From assembly GCA_013265495.1 (NCBI GenBank), contig MU058365.1:248001-312000 (forward strand): a stretch of DNA of 64,000 nucleotides. The letters run 5' to 3'. Of the stretch, positions 33,890 to 46,600 are shown in pieces; position 1 is the first letter of the stretch; the number at the start of each line of letters is the position of its first letter. The translations under genes and the position numbers were made by a program. The notes below the pieces were generated by a model. It did not search any database. It had not been told where the DNA came from and worked only from the letters and a program-made list of their open reading frames with translations. The stretch comes from Vicugna vicugna (Eukaryota).

Positions 33890-35960
33890 ATGCCAGAGGA
33901 GACGACCTGTCCAATTTTAGCAGGTTTGAAGGGAGGATCTGCTTCAGGTGTAGTTTTGAAGGTTCCTTGGTGTGGCTCATGAAATCACAGAGCTCAAAGA
34001 TACAGTCTTGCGAAATCCTCCTTGGTACCATGAGACTGGAGCAGAGGAATTCCAATTTGGCAGGAGGTCCTCTACTGGTGAGACCCTCCCCTTGGGGTAA
34101 TGGTCCTGATCCAGACCCAGAGTCTGGAAGCTTAACGTTGAGTTGGTGACTCCAGTTTCTTTCTCCGGGGTCACAAGATGATGATTTCATAGATACTGCC
34201 TGGTGATGCGTGCCCCAAACAGCAATAGAAAGTCATATGTTTAACCAAACTCCAAGTGATAACCAGATCCATCTCTCCTCCACCTTGAAAAAAGCAGATT
34301 ATAGTATCTAAGATAGGAATTTCTATCCTATTTGAGAGGAATTATACCCTGTACCTCTGTGCTCTGTGTCTGTGCATGAAGGCTCAGTCTTTAGAGGCAC
34401 TCCCTCTCGTTGCATTAGTTCTGTCTTTCTGTGGAGTTTGGTTTAAAGACTGGTTCATCAAGTGGAGATTTTGCTGTATTTTTCACTTGGCTCATCAGCC
34501 AGCATCAGTGAATATTCAGTTTAGGGGGACAGTTCTAGGGAGTGAGTCACTTTTGGGGAGCAGAGGAAGACTCTGCTGATGTTCAGTCCTGGCAAAAATC
34601 AGTTATTTTTGAGCTGTGAAAGCAGTAGTCTTTGTCACTCAGTGGCAGCTCTTGAGGTAGCACTGTGAAGAATGAGAAGGGAAACATAGAAATGATCCTT
34701 GTGAAATATTTGCTGATTGTGCCCGACCCTTTGCGCCTTGACTTTTCCTAGTTGTCCTGGTGCTAACACAGGAGCTACACCTTGATCCTCTCCTGGCATG
34801 AAAATAAAACAATGTTTTTTGGGGGGTTGTTGTTCCATTGCCCACTTCCCTCATGTCGTCTTTCCCTTGGCTGCTGCCTCCTCTGGGTCACACTGCTTCT
34901 TATCCTGAACACTTGACACCTTGAGGGTAGAATTTAGCGTTTGGTTTTTACCTCCTAGAATATGCTGTTTGGTATGTGAGGGTTTCAGTACAAATGCTGC
35001 TGTCTATTTCTGTGCACTTAACAATGGAACCCAAACAGAAGAGAATAAAGCCTTGATACCAAAATTGGGAGAGAAAATGTGTCCATTTGGACCAAACGTT
35101 GTGGGTTTTTTTTTTTTTTCCATCTTACTATGTACCAGTGGCACTTAACCAAAAGATACAATGATATAGCCATGTACTGTGTTTGGGACAGATACAGTCT
35201 CCTTGATCTATAATGCATCCCCTAGGATTTCCTTGTGCATTGTCCTTAATTCATTGGTGTATAAAAGGTAAATTACACTGAGGCTTAGCCTGTTTTAAAA
35301 CTATGGTAGCTGTCTAACTGCTACTTGTTCATGTTGCTTCCTAGGAAAAAAATTTTCACTCGAAAATAACTAGGATCTGCATTTAGAACAAGAATTGTTA
35401 CTTGTCCCGACCTTTCCTTCAGCCCTACAGAGAAGCATCTGTGCTTTTATACTTGCCATGGACGTAACCTAAAAAGTTTTGGCGTATTTAGGTCAGTCTA
35501 TCAGAACTTTTTTTTTCTCGTTTAAATGGAGTTGAATAATGGAGATTTTGTGTGTGGGAAATTCATGAGATCATTGAAAAAGTAACAGACTCTTCCTTGT
35601 CTCTGATACGTAGAATTCTAAGCATTTTCTCAGTCATTAAAATTTACTGCCAGTTGTGAGTGGCTTTTTAATTAACTTTCATTGCACTTCACTCTGCCCA
35701 TTTTCAGGGGAGTCAGATTGGCAACATTTGAGGAGACTGTATCTTGTCTACTTTGTGTGGCTGTTTTGAGGGACTGTCCTATCAGTGAACATACTGCATG
35801 GCCTTGGAGAGAGACTCTGGGCTCTCGGCTCAGATGTATTCATCAAATACTCCTTTCAGAGCTCTTGTGGGTGTAAGTGACATGATGTGGCCAAAAATCC
35901 AAACTGTGCAGTTGCGTTGTGACAAACATGCAATGTGCTGTAAAAACTCAATACAATTTA

Positions 35961-35966
35961 AATAAA
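35961..35966 (+). terminator. MTMR4 distal polyadenylation signal (3'UTR ~2.1 kb)
   Basis: AATAAA with an upstream TGTA (35939-35942) and a downstream GT/T-rich tract; other AATAAA at 34803 and 35044 are possible proximal sites. Confidence 0.75.
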
Positions 35967-36479
35967 ATCTCTATATTAGTGCTGCTTTGTTGGGTCTTTT
36001 TCTTCATTTTAATTTCTAAGAAAACTTAATACTCATTTTTTTCTTTAACCATGAGAAAGGACTAAAACATATACCCCTTCCTCCCAACCATTTCCATTTT
36101 TTAAAATGGCCCTCTCTTTTTAACAGCACAGCTCCTGTTCGGTTTTTATTTATTGATCAGATAGGGATTTATCCTTACGGATACTGCAGAATTCTGTCCC
36201 ACCTCATGTGCGGTTTATTTCTCTTTAATGCCTAAAATTTCACCAGCTGGTTGATCAGGCGCAGGGGACTGTACTGCTTTCCTCCTGATTCTCCGCTCAC
36301 AGGCACCTCAGTTCTCCTTCCACCTTGAGTAAACTGTCTTAAGCAAAATATTGGCTGAAAAGAGTATATTTCAAAAAAATATGAAATGCTACTATCTAAA
36401 AGGTGAATTTGTTTACGCAGGACATTATCCCCATCACCATTTTTATTTGGAGAGACGATTATCTGTTAGTACTAAGATC

Positions 36480-37630
36480 ACGGAGTTGGGCCCTTTGTTC
36501 TCGAGCATGACCGGTTTTGCATCGCCCACTGCACGCTATGAATTCCAAAGCCCCACGACCCCGCCGGCCACGGTGAAATTAAACACACGGATCTTAGTAT
36601 TCCGCGGCGGACACCGGGCTGATCTCTGCGGGACGTAACGCTATCTGGTGGCCGCAATTCCCGGCCCGGCCCGCGGGTGGAGGACTCCGAGAGAGCGCGA
36701 CTTACCATCCGCAGCGGCCCGGCGCTGGCAGGAGGGGGCAGGGCGAAGCGAAGGCCGGGGGGGATCGAGAACGGGGTGAGAGAGCCAGGCTCGGCGGGGC
36801 GAGGCCCAGGGCCCGGGTGGGGCGATGGAGGAAGCGCTGCTCTCCACCCCCATCAACCCCAACAACTTCCCTGCCAAGCTGTGGCGGCTGGTGAACAGCC
36901 CCCGGTATCGCTCCATCCGCTGGGACGGCCGCGGCGAGGGGCTGCTCATCGACCAGCCGCTCTTCGAGGCCGAGCTGCTCAGCCCGCCTAGGGCCGGGGC
37001 CGGGGGCGGCGGCGGCGGCGGCGGCGGGGGCGGCGGGGGCGGCGGATGCGCTGGGGCCGAGCCCGAGCTCTTCAAAACCGCCAACTTCACCAGCTTCATC
37101 CGCCAGCTCAACCTCTACGGCTTCCGCAAGGTGGTGCCGGGCGGGCCGGGCGGCGGCGGGCCGGCGGGCGAAGGGCCGCTGCACCACTTCCACAGCCCGC
37201 ACTTCCGCCGCGACCAGCCGCAGCTGCTCGTGCACCTCAAGAGGCTCACCAGCGCCAACAAGGCCAAGCTGGCGGCCGGCCTGGAGGTGCCCTGCCGCCC
37301 GCCCAACCGCTTCCAGAGGCTCCTCATCACGTCGGCCTCGGCCTCGGCCTCCACCTCCCCGCTGCAGCACCAGGAGCCGCAGACGCCCCGGCCCGAGCCG
37401 CACGGTGAGTCCCGTCCGGCCTGCCTTCGCCGTCCTCGCTGGGCGGCGGCGGGCGCACAGCCGTCGGGGGGCAACCGCCACTTCCGAGGGCACGTCCGCA
37501 TCCTCACCTTTGAGGTCTGGGATATGCGCCCGGGAGCCACTCGCGCGGCTCCCCTTCCCGCCAGCACCTCCTCGGGACAGAGTCCGTAGGCATTGAGGCC
37601 TTTCTGTGTCCACTAGCGGCCAGGCGGCCT
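36480..37630. promoter_or_regulatory. CpG island covering the HSF5 promoter and exon 1
   Basis: Abrupt CpG-dense segment between AT-rich flanks; boundaries approximate. Confidence 0.85.
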
Positions 37631-40600
37631 CTGTGTTTAGTCTTCCCGGACCCCTCGTGGGCTCCAAACCTCCATAGCCATTAACCTTCTCGAGACCCAG
37701 TCTCTCCACGGTGAACACCTAAAAGAAGGAGGCCTTTGTTGAAACACTGGGTCTTGAAGGGCCTCCTTTGCTCATATGGGAAGCAGAACAGAGTTCTGCA
37801 CAGGGTGAGAATATGGTGAAGGTCAAGGTAGTAAGGAACAGGTCAAAGCAAAGTAAACTTAGAACATTTATACCAACCAAGAGAAAGTGAACGGGATACC
37901 TGGAGTAGAAGTTTGGCCTTAAGGAGATGTGTGGTCTTCCACCCACTGACACACCTAAGTAATCTTAGAAGAAGTGTTCTGACAATCAGTCATATTTTAG
38001 GTTCTGGAGTAATGTGTAGAATGACAGGCATTGTTTTTATGTCTTAAGAGTGAAAATATAATAACATATTCTGTTGTTTACCAGATATTGTCCCTATGTA
38101 CAGTGACGTGGTCAAACAACTCTTTCATTGTAGCTGCTTAGAGCTGATGCTTAAGGTGTCATGGGGAGACAAACTTAAGACAAACATAAAGGCACGATTT
38201 TCTTTACCATTGTCAAGTTGTAGTGAAAAAGGATTTTAGAATGCTGACATTTACAGGCTTTGAATTTTTCACTGTTGGCTCTGATCTTTAAGTTTTCAAA
38301 ACGAAAAACTTTTGTAAGTTTGTATTTACTCAAAGTTTAAAAAAAAGTGTGATAGAAAATGATTTTATAAACTTAATTTCTGCTGCTCTTCCCCCTCTTC
38401 CAGGAAGGTGAGGGTGGCAGTATTCCCTTTCGCTGCTTAAAGAGTCATGAAGCAGCAGGCCAAGAAAGCAACAGGCCATAATAACGAGAATTCATTCTTT
38501 ACCTACAGCTAGGAGAGTAATAGAAACATTTTCATCCTGTTGACACTTTTCACATAAAGGTGTCTGGGTTGCTTTTCAGTTACGGAAAAATTTTAAATAT
38601 ACACATAAAAGTAATACTATGTTCAATTTAACCTAGGCCCAGGGTTATGAATGAGACAGTTCTTTGTTCATGTGGAATTTAGAAGATAAGGGATTAGGTT
38701 AGAGTTCTAGTAACAAGTTGGAAAAATAGCAGTGGCCTAGGAATGTTCCAAAGGAATTCTAAAGGAATATTAAGCCACTTCCGAATGATGGTCATTGATT
38801 TTGGTGGGGAACTGAATGGGGAAAGGCAGTGGAGACAATACCGTGGCATACCTTTGGCAGAATCTCTGACATGGATGTTTGTTTTTCAGATTGTGTATCT
38901 GGTGGGCATAAGGAGGAAAGACTGGAAAATGTGTTCTTGGGAAAAATAGGATAGCCACTTCAGAGAAAGAACATACATGCATACGAACGTAAAAACCAAC
39001 TTGCTCACTTTTTTCTCGTCTCTGATTTTCTTTTTTCCCTCATCTATCTTAAAGCCATTTGTTATAAGAATAGAGTCCATTTTAGTTAAAGAAATACAGG
39101 GGCTATCTAGGATCTGATTTGCTTCACGTATAGCTTGGTTGGTCAGCATTTTAAAGATTATCTGTTGAAAAAGATAAATTCATACTTTTTCAGTATAGAT
39201 AATATATCAATCCATACAAACCTAAGTTATTGTAGTTTTCCTGCATTTGCTGTTGTTTACCATTCTGCCTGTTGGTATGTGGTGAAGATGTATCAAGTGT
39301 GGATTGTCTACACCATAGACTTGGTTCACTAGGGAATTTTGTTAACTGGTTTGGGTGAAATGTAATTCTAAGTTCAAAAATACAGGTCCAACTTTGTTTT
39401 GCTTTAATTCCGTGTTCTAAGTCCTTGACTCTTCTATTTTTTCCTCACCTAATTTTTATTCTGCTTGAATCTTGCCTTGGTTCTGTGCCCGACTGTGTTG
39501 CTGCTTTGTAGCTTCCATTTTGTTTGCTGTGTTCTGCTGCAGCTTGTGGTTTGAATACTTTTCTCTAAGTAGAATCCTCTGCTTTAGCACCGAGTTTTCT
39601 CTTCTCTAGATCCATTGAGCCAGCTGTCTTGTTCACCTTTTGAAAATGTACTTTGTAAGAAATGTGAGGATCGTGTGTTTTTCCTTTTTTGTTTGTCCGC
39701 TCTTGTTATTTTGTTTTTAGTGGCAATTTATTTTATGATATTTGTTAAAATTCTCTAAGTAACAAGTCTGAGCAATAGATACTCTGCTTCTGCCTGGGGA
39801 TAACAGGCTCTCAAGAGGCAACTATTTTTTTAAGCAAGAGGCAAATTCTTTCTTGGGGATTGATTAGCTCAGATCGCCTTTCATAAAAGGAATAGAATTT
39901 TTAAGAACAGAAATTCAGCCTGCCTTAGGTTCCTAGGATTCTGGATTTAAACTTTGCCAAATATATCTTAGATGTTCTGAAGACATGCAGGTGATGTTCT
40001 GTAAAGTTGATCAGCATAAAACCCTATGAAGTAACTCTTAACAAAAGAATAAGTAAGAGATGAGCCTGTTTTAGTTATTTATTTTTAAAAAACAAACTAA
40101 TCAAAAGGAATGGTCTTCTGATTCTAACAGTGGCCTTACGTTAGCAGCACCTGAAATATATAAATATTTGACCATCACTCAGTTTACCATAATAGAAGTG
40201 GAATTTATACTTTAATTCAGATCTAAATGAGAATTTGAGAAATGAAAGTAGAGTTCTTTAATTATCTGCTTAAGTTTTGACAGTCTGAAAATTCCTCAAC
40301 AGCTTAACCCTGAAGAGAGTAGAAGAAGAAATAGTAAGCTATCACACACAATAGCAGTATCATGTTTTAGCATGTGAAGCATCCAAGGGAAAATCAAGTG
40401 GCAGGTAGCTGGGACCTCAGAAATACCTATTGTGAAGAGCAAACAATGTTTCTTTAGGTCTTAAGACAAAGAATCATCAGTGTTAGTTCAAAGTGTGTAT
40501 ATATGTGGAATTGCTAGTCAGGTAGCATAAAAATTGTTTTTGTGTTTCAAAGGAAAAGTAGTTTTTAAGATTAAATGGATTTATCATTTAAATACACCTA

Positions 40601-43600
40601 ATCTTCTGAACTAAGATTTTTTTTCCCATTAGATTTAGAGCTCTTAGTTTCCAGGCTCCTGAATTGTTTATGTATATAAGTATGTAGTATTTGTTTATTT
40701 TTAGTATTAATGATTTATTCTTTATTAAATTTTATTTTAAGAGTTTATTTGAGCAAAAATCAATTAGAATCAGGCAGCGCCAAACCAGAAGTGGTTAAGA
40801 GCACTCCCTAATGCTTTATTCTTTAGAGGAAGTTAAACACTATAGAAATATTAGAGTGAAAGATCTATACCATGTTGAATGGTTTTACAGTTTAAGTATT
40901 TGGAAAAGTAGGTATTTGAGTGCCATCTTTAACAGATGAGTAGCACATAAATTAGACTTTCCCTCTGTTTTATAGATTAGTTTAATAAAACAAATTGAAA
41001 GGAATTTGTGAACCACATAATTTAATACATAAAGCCCTCCTGACGAATAAGTCAGGCTAGCTTTATTTATGTTCAAGAACTATAGTCTACAACTTTCAAA
41101 GTTCAGGGAAAAAAACTCAAAAAATGTAGAAGGTTTTATATTCATATTACAAGATCTTTAAGTTGCTAGTCCAACGTAAAGAAATTAAAACTGAAATTCC
41201 TGTATATGATCTGTTATGGGTGCAATTTATGCAAAAGAGATGATGTGGAATTCCGTCAGTGGATTCGTATTCACAAAAGGTTTGGCCCTATACCCAAAGA
41301 CTGTTGATTAAATGTAAATTTTGATGTTTGAGTGATAAATCTGAAAAAGAAAAGAATCATAGTCTTTAAAATAAGTTCAGCTTGCAACATTTATATCTTC
41401 CTTTTCCTCATTGCATAGTACTGCCCTTTCTCTTCCTCATCTCCACTTTTTAATTTCTTTCTACCTTGCTAGGTAAGAAAAAGCAAATACAGGAATCTCT
41501 TGGCCTGAGTACGTGGATGTTTAACAAACTCTCCAGGTGATTCGAATGTAAATCAATGTTTGAGAACCATTGATATCTAGGAAGGGACAGGACTAGAGAT
41601 ACTCTGAAGGAAAAAAAGACCACGGAAAATGATTGATTGAGTAAAGGAATGAAAAAGAGTACTGAGTCAGAGTTTTCAAGCCTGACTTTTCTGCAAAGAT
41701 TATTATTAAAATAAAAAAACTGGAAAGAGAACAAAGAATATTAAATTTCTTTTTTGTTTCTGTTACAGTTTTTATTTCTTCCATACGTAATTATATTATG
41801 TACATGGTTGAGTGCTTATTTTTGTACCTATTCATAAGGTTCCTAAATGATTTGAAAGACTGAATGGAATTTCTAAAACTTCTAGGAAGTAGCTTACGCA
41901 TTGGAAAAATCTGGGTCAGTCAATTGGGTGAAAGGTAAGGTGACATTTAGCATTTGATTTAATGTTAGAGTTTAGCCACTTTGTCTCGTAGGACAGTTGT
42001 ATAGAGAACCCAACAAAATTTGATTCCTTTTTCAGCATTGTATGTATAATCTCATATTCTGGATTCTGAATTTGTTTTTACCAATACATTTCTGTTGTGT
42101 TAAAAATGGCTGAGAAGTCAGCACATTCACAGTTGAAGAACAGTGTGTATTTTGTGACTTTTGGTTTACTACGTCAGGTGGTGTAATATAAAATTGGTAA
42201 ATGTGCTCTTCCTCTTTTATGCAGGACCAGTGGCTGTAGGACAATTCCACCGGTCGTTCCGGCAAGATAGTTTGTCTCCTTACTCCTACGTATCAACTTC
42301 ATCCCACAACCACAGTACTTTCCCTCTGAAAGGTTTAGATCGGACCCCGATTCCTCCGAGAACATGGCAGAACTCTCTTGGAATGCACTCAGGACAAGTG
42401 GAAACGTCTCCCACTTTTTCAGATAAAGGGGTTCCATTTTCTGTACTGCAGAGGTTTCCCACTGAGGTCACCTATACCCTGCAGCCCAGTGCCACATCCG
42501 TACATGTTCAGCAAGGTCCTCAAACAATGGTCAGCTCCTCCCAAAAATATACTAACTACACACCCTCCGCGCAGTACTCCCAAGCCTACTATCCAACAGG
42601 TATGAGAGATTCAAGTTCAGTGGCTTCTCTTAAGATACTTTATAATGAACATTTATATATATATTTAATGCATTTCTGTATGCCTAAACAAAGATAGGAA
42701 ATATTCACCTAAGAAATATGAATGATTTCTCATGAGTATATTTTTTTTAGCAACATAAAAGATTTCCTTAACGTTCTTAAAGGTTGTAAAATTCTGTTGG
42801 TGCATAAAGGTGTATTTTTTTAGTGAAACTTTTGTATCCTCAAAGTGTGTCCTGGTAATAAAATTAAAACTCAGTACACCAGACCTTGCTCTAGCTCTGC
42901 TCTTGGTGTAGCAGGTTTTTGGTTTTCAAAAAAGTATTTTTGTACATATTATGTATTTTCTATTTTTTAATTTTATAGGTGAGATTACCTCATAATGAAA
43001 TCATTTTAGTATCTCAGTAAGGAAATTTAATGAAAGAGAATAGTCACCATCTCCTAAAACTTAAGTTATATTCTTTTAGTAAAAATGTGATGGTGTGGTT
43101 TGACAGTGCAGTCCCTGCTGTGTTAATCCCAGCCAGTGAAGAACTGGGAATCTCAGAGAGAAGACCCTGACAGTGACAGCTGACCTAGAGCTCAGCCAAG
43201 GGCATTGGAGGTCTGCTGGTAGATCTCAAGTCACTAACTGGGAATCCTTGTGATAGTGACCATCTGTTTAGCTTCTTGTGGCTGAAGGATGTCTTTTTTG
43301 TGGGGGAGGGTGCATTTTTGCAAAATAATAGCATTCCCATTTCGTTCAAACATGTTTTCTGTTTTGCAGAAACACCATAGAGGTGGTGTGTGTTTTCAGG
43401 TAGCATGCTTTACACAAAGTGATGAAGTAGGTCAACAGAAACAACTCAAGGGTCAAGGCTTTCAGAAGAGACCAGCAAGAGAGGAAATGGGGCATTCTTT
43501 TACCCTGTGAATTAAGACTCCAGACATATTAATTTTCTCAGATAAGTAGATCTGGAAGCAATCTCTAGAAGTTTTATCTTAGACCATTTTTCCCAGGCAG

Positions 43601-46600
43601 GAGGAAATCAAAAGCTAAAATTAGTGGAAAGAATGTAAATTAGATGAGGGAGTTAAATGATTTGCTGCCTTTTAAAAGTTATAAATTTGGCAACTGTTCC
43701 ATTTGTAACAGTACTCACTATTTTCTAGCTGATAACATACAACTATGTTCTTTTATTATGGCTCTTTGCATTCTACCTAAATTTAGCCAGTAAAAGGGAT
43801 TGCTTTATTTTCTCAAAGTGTTTAACAATACTAAAACAATAAAACCAATGTGTAAATTAGGTTGGGTTTTATAGATTTTTGGAGCTGCTTCCGTTTTGGT
43901 GGGTGGAAATCAGAAGGAAAAGGAGAAGGAATTATATGGAGTAAAAATGATACAGCATTTCTAATCATTAGACTATTAGAGAGTTTAAGAACTTTTAAAA
44001 AACTTTTTTACATAGAAAAAGATTGAGGCCTATTTCTTTTTTTTCAGCTATTTCTTTGAAGAACAAAAATATCTGGGTGATCTTAAAAATAGAAGATGAT
44101 TGATTTCATGTTATAAGTTATATATCTTACGTATAGCAACAAATAGGGTCAGATTTTTACTGAGGAGTTTAATCCAGTATTTTAATAAACAAATTAGGTA
44201 ATTCTATCTAAATTATAATTTTGGCTGCGTTCCATATGTGCATAGAATATATATATATATGTGTGTGTGTATATAAAGAGTGTACCTTTTCTTACACTTG
44301 CTTTACATTCTGTAGCCCATCAACTGGGCAAAACCCCTGCTTCCCCTCTTTTTACCAATAAATGTTTTTCTTTTTCCTAACCTCCCTTCAAACTCCCCTC
44401 CTCAAACTATTAGACACAAAAGCTCCTGGGGAGTTGAAATTTAGAAGGACTGCATTAGAGAGATACAGAAACATGCTTGGCCTTCCAATTTGGAATTTTG
44501 GAAAGAGTTTCCTATGGACACATTAGATATGTTGGCTAGGTCCTGTATTACTGTTAGTCCCACAGTTAAGGGACAGGTGGTTATAATCTGGCTTGGGAGC
44601 CAAACTAGCAGGTATGATGATGTTTCTATGGGAAAACGTATTCCAAGTTACAAACAATCCTCTTGGAAGCTCCTAGCTCTAAATTTTATGAGAACTACTT
44701 ACATATTATTTACCAGAAAACAGTATAATTAGTTAATATTATTCATTCATTATAGAAATACTCTTTGTTAAATTATGATGATTTAAGATATATGTTATTT
44801 AAAAATATTTTATGTTAGCTTAGTTTTAAGTTTATAAATAAATTCATTAATTTAATGATTAAATTGAAATTTGCCTCCCAAGAGTTCAAGGTAAGGACTG
44901 GGAATGAGACATTAAAAGAACAAATTAAGTGCTGCTAGTGTTTTGATAGTAGATAATGCACATGAAACAGAATCTTGTATTATCTGAGTTTTTGATTTGT
45001 CTTCTTTACTAGGTAAATAAACATAATTATCCCCCTGGGGGGCAGGAAGGGTATAGCTCAAGTGGTAGAGCACGTGCTTAGCATGCATGAGGTCCTGGGT
45101 TCAATCCCCAGTACCTCCTCCAAAAATAAATAAACAAATAAACTTTACTAGGGGTAACTAAAATGACTAAAGTTGCTGAGGTCATGAGAATAAGAAATCT
45201 CATAATTTCATGCTGACTTCTAATATATAGAGTAGTTCTATGATATAATGTAAGCAAGACGGCTTTGAACATTCTGAAGTACTATATAAACAAAAAGTTG
45301 TGTTGTTAAATACAAAAGACCTGCTGTAAAAAAGAAAGTGCCAAAAAAAAAATACTGTACAAGTACTTAATTCCTCCAAATTTTAGGCAAAGGAAGTAAA
45401 AAGTAGTGAGCAATTTAACCAATATTCAGTGGGTACCTGTTTATGAAGAGCTTTGCAAATGACTTTACCAAAGTTAAATAGAATATTATTCCCAGAGGCA
45501 GGATAATAATCACCCCCAGATTCTACTCTCTAAATCCTAATAAAGTAACTGATTTTGGAATAATGGTTATACTTGAAGCCCTTCCGAGTGAAATATATGA
45601 GTCAAGATTTGGATCAAATTTTAGTTAAAAAAAAACAGTACTCCACTTCATTTAAAAATTAGTTATGTTGAAATAAACTTGGATATGGTCTTCAAATAGT
45701 ATAACCAGTACATTTTGAATTTTGTAATACGTGATAAATTTTTCTCTAGTTAAGCCGAACATTCAAGACTGAAAAACTGCTATTAGACTGACTCATGAAT
45801 TGGCTCATCTGAATTCTTTCTGACATTTGTCATTCCTCTCTTGAAGCATCTGTTTTCTTTGCCTAGCTTGCTTACATTTTTCCACTCATCACTTCTTCAA
45901 AAACAAACTATTGTAGATCCAATATTAGTTGACTCTCTTTAGTCTTACCCTGTCTTGAATTCGATTTTTTCCTCTGATGCTGTTTTCACAGTGTGCTACT
46001 GTAATTTATCTTTTTAATAAAAAACTTCATTTTAGACCTTTTCATTTTACTCATTCTCTATATATTTGAACATACATAAGAATATCAATATATTCATATT
46101 TGTATTTTGAGGAAATCCTGTATTGAGGAATTATTCTTCTTTGACGAATAATGCGGAATTGACTCAAAATCAACTTTGCCTTTTTTCCCAAGTTTTAAGC
46201 TCAAAGCAGTGATTAGCAATTTGTAGCTGCCCTTTGTCTCATATTTTAAGTAATAAAATTTGTATAGCAATCACTGTGACCAGGTACTATTCTGAGTACT
46301 TTCCAAATATTAATTCATTTAAACCTTACAACAACCTTATATGATAGGGAATGTAATTATTCTCATTTTATCGATTAGAAACTGAAGCACGGGTAGGCAG
46401 AGGCAGGGCTGGGGAACAAATCCAGGCACACTGTGCTCTGCTGCCTGTCTGCCTGTCTTACAAAGAGGGACTTTTTGTTTCATTTTACTTTTGACAGACT
46501 CTTTCCTGATATTTCTCTTCCCCAAAGTTACTTCCAGATAGGGTAGATGACAGAGATGAGTGGAGGAACCTTCCCTTCTATGCTGCTGGTGGCAGTGGGA

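Noticed and set aside
45047..45118. tRNA-Ala(AGC)-like sequence as a real tRNA gene
   Set aside because: Followed by an A-rich tail, flanked by a TSD, no oligo-T terminator, and related copies at 9148 and 60105; it is a SINE head.
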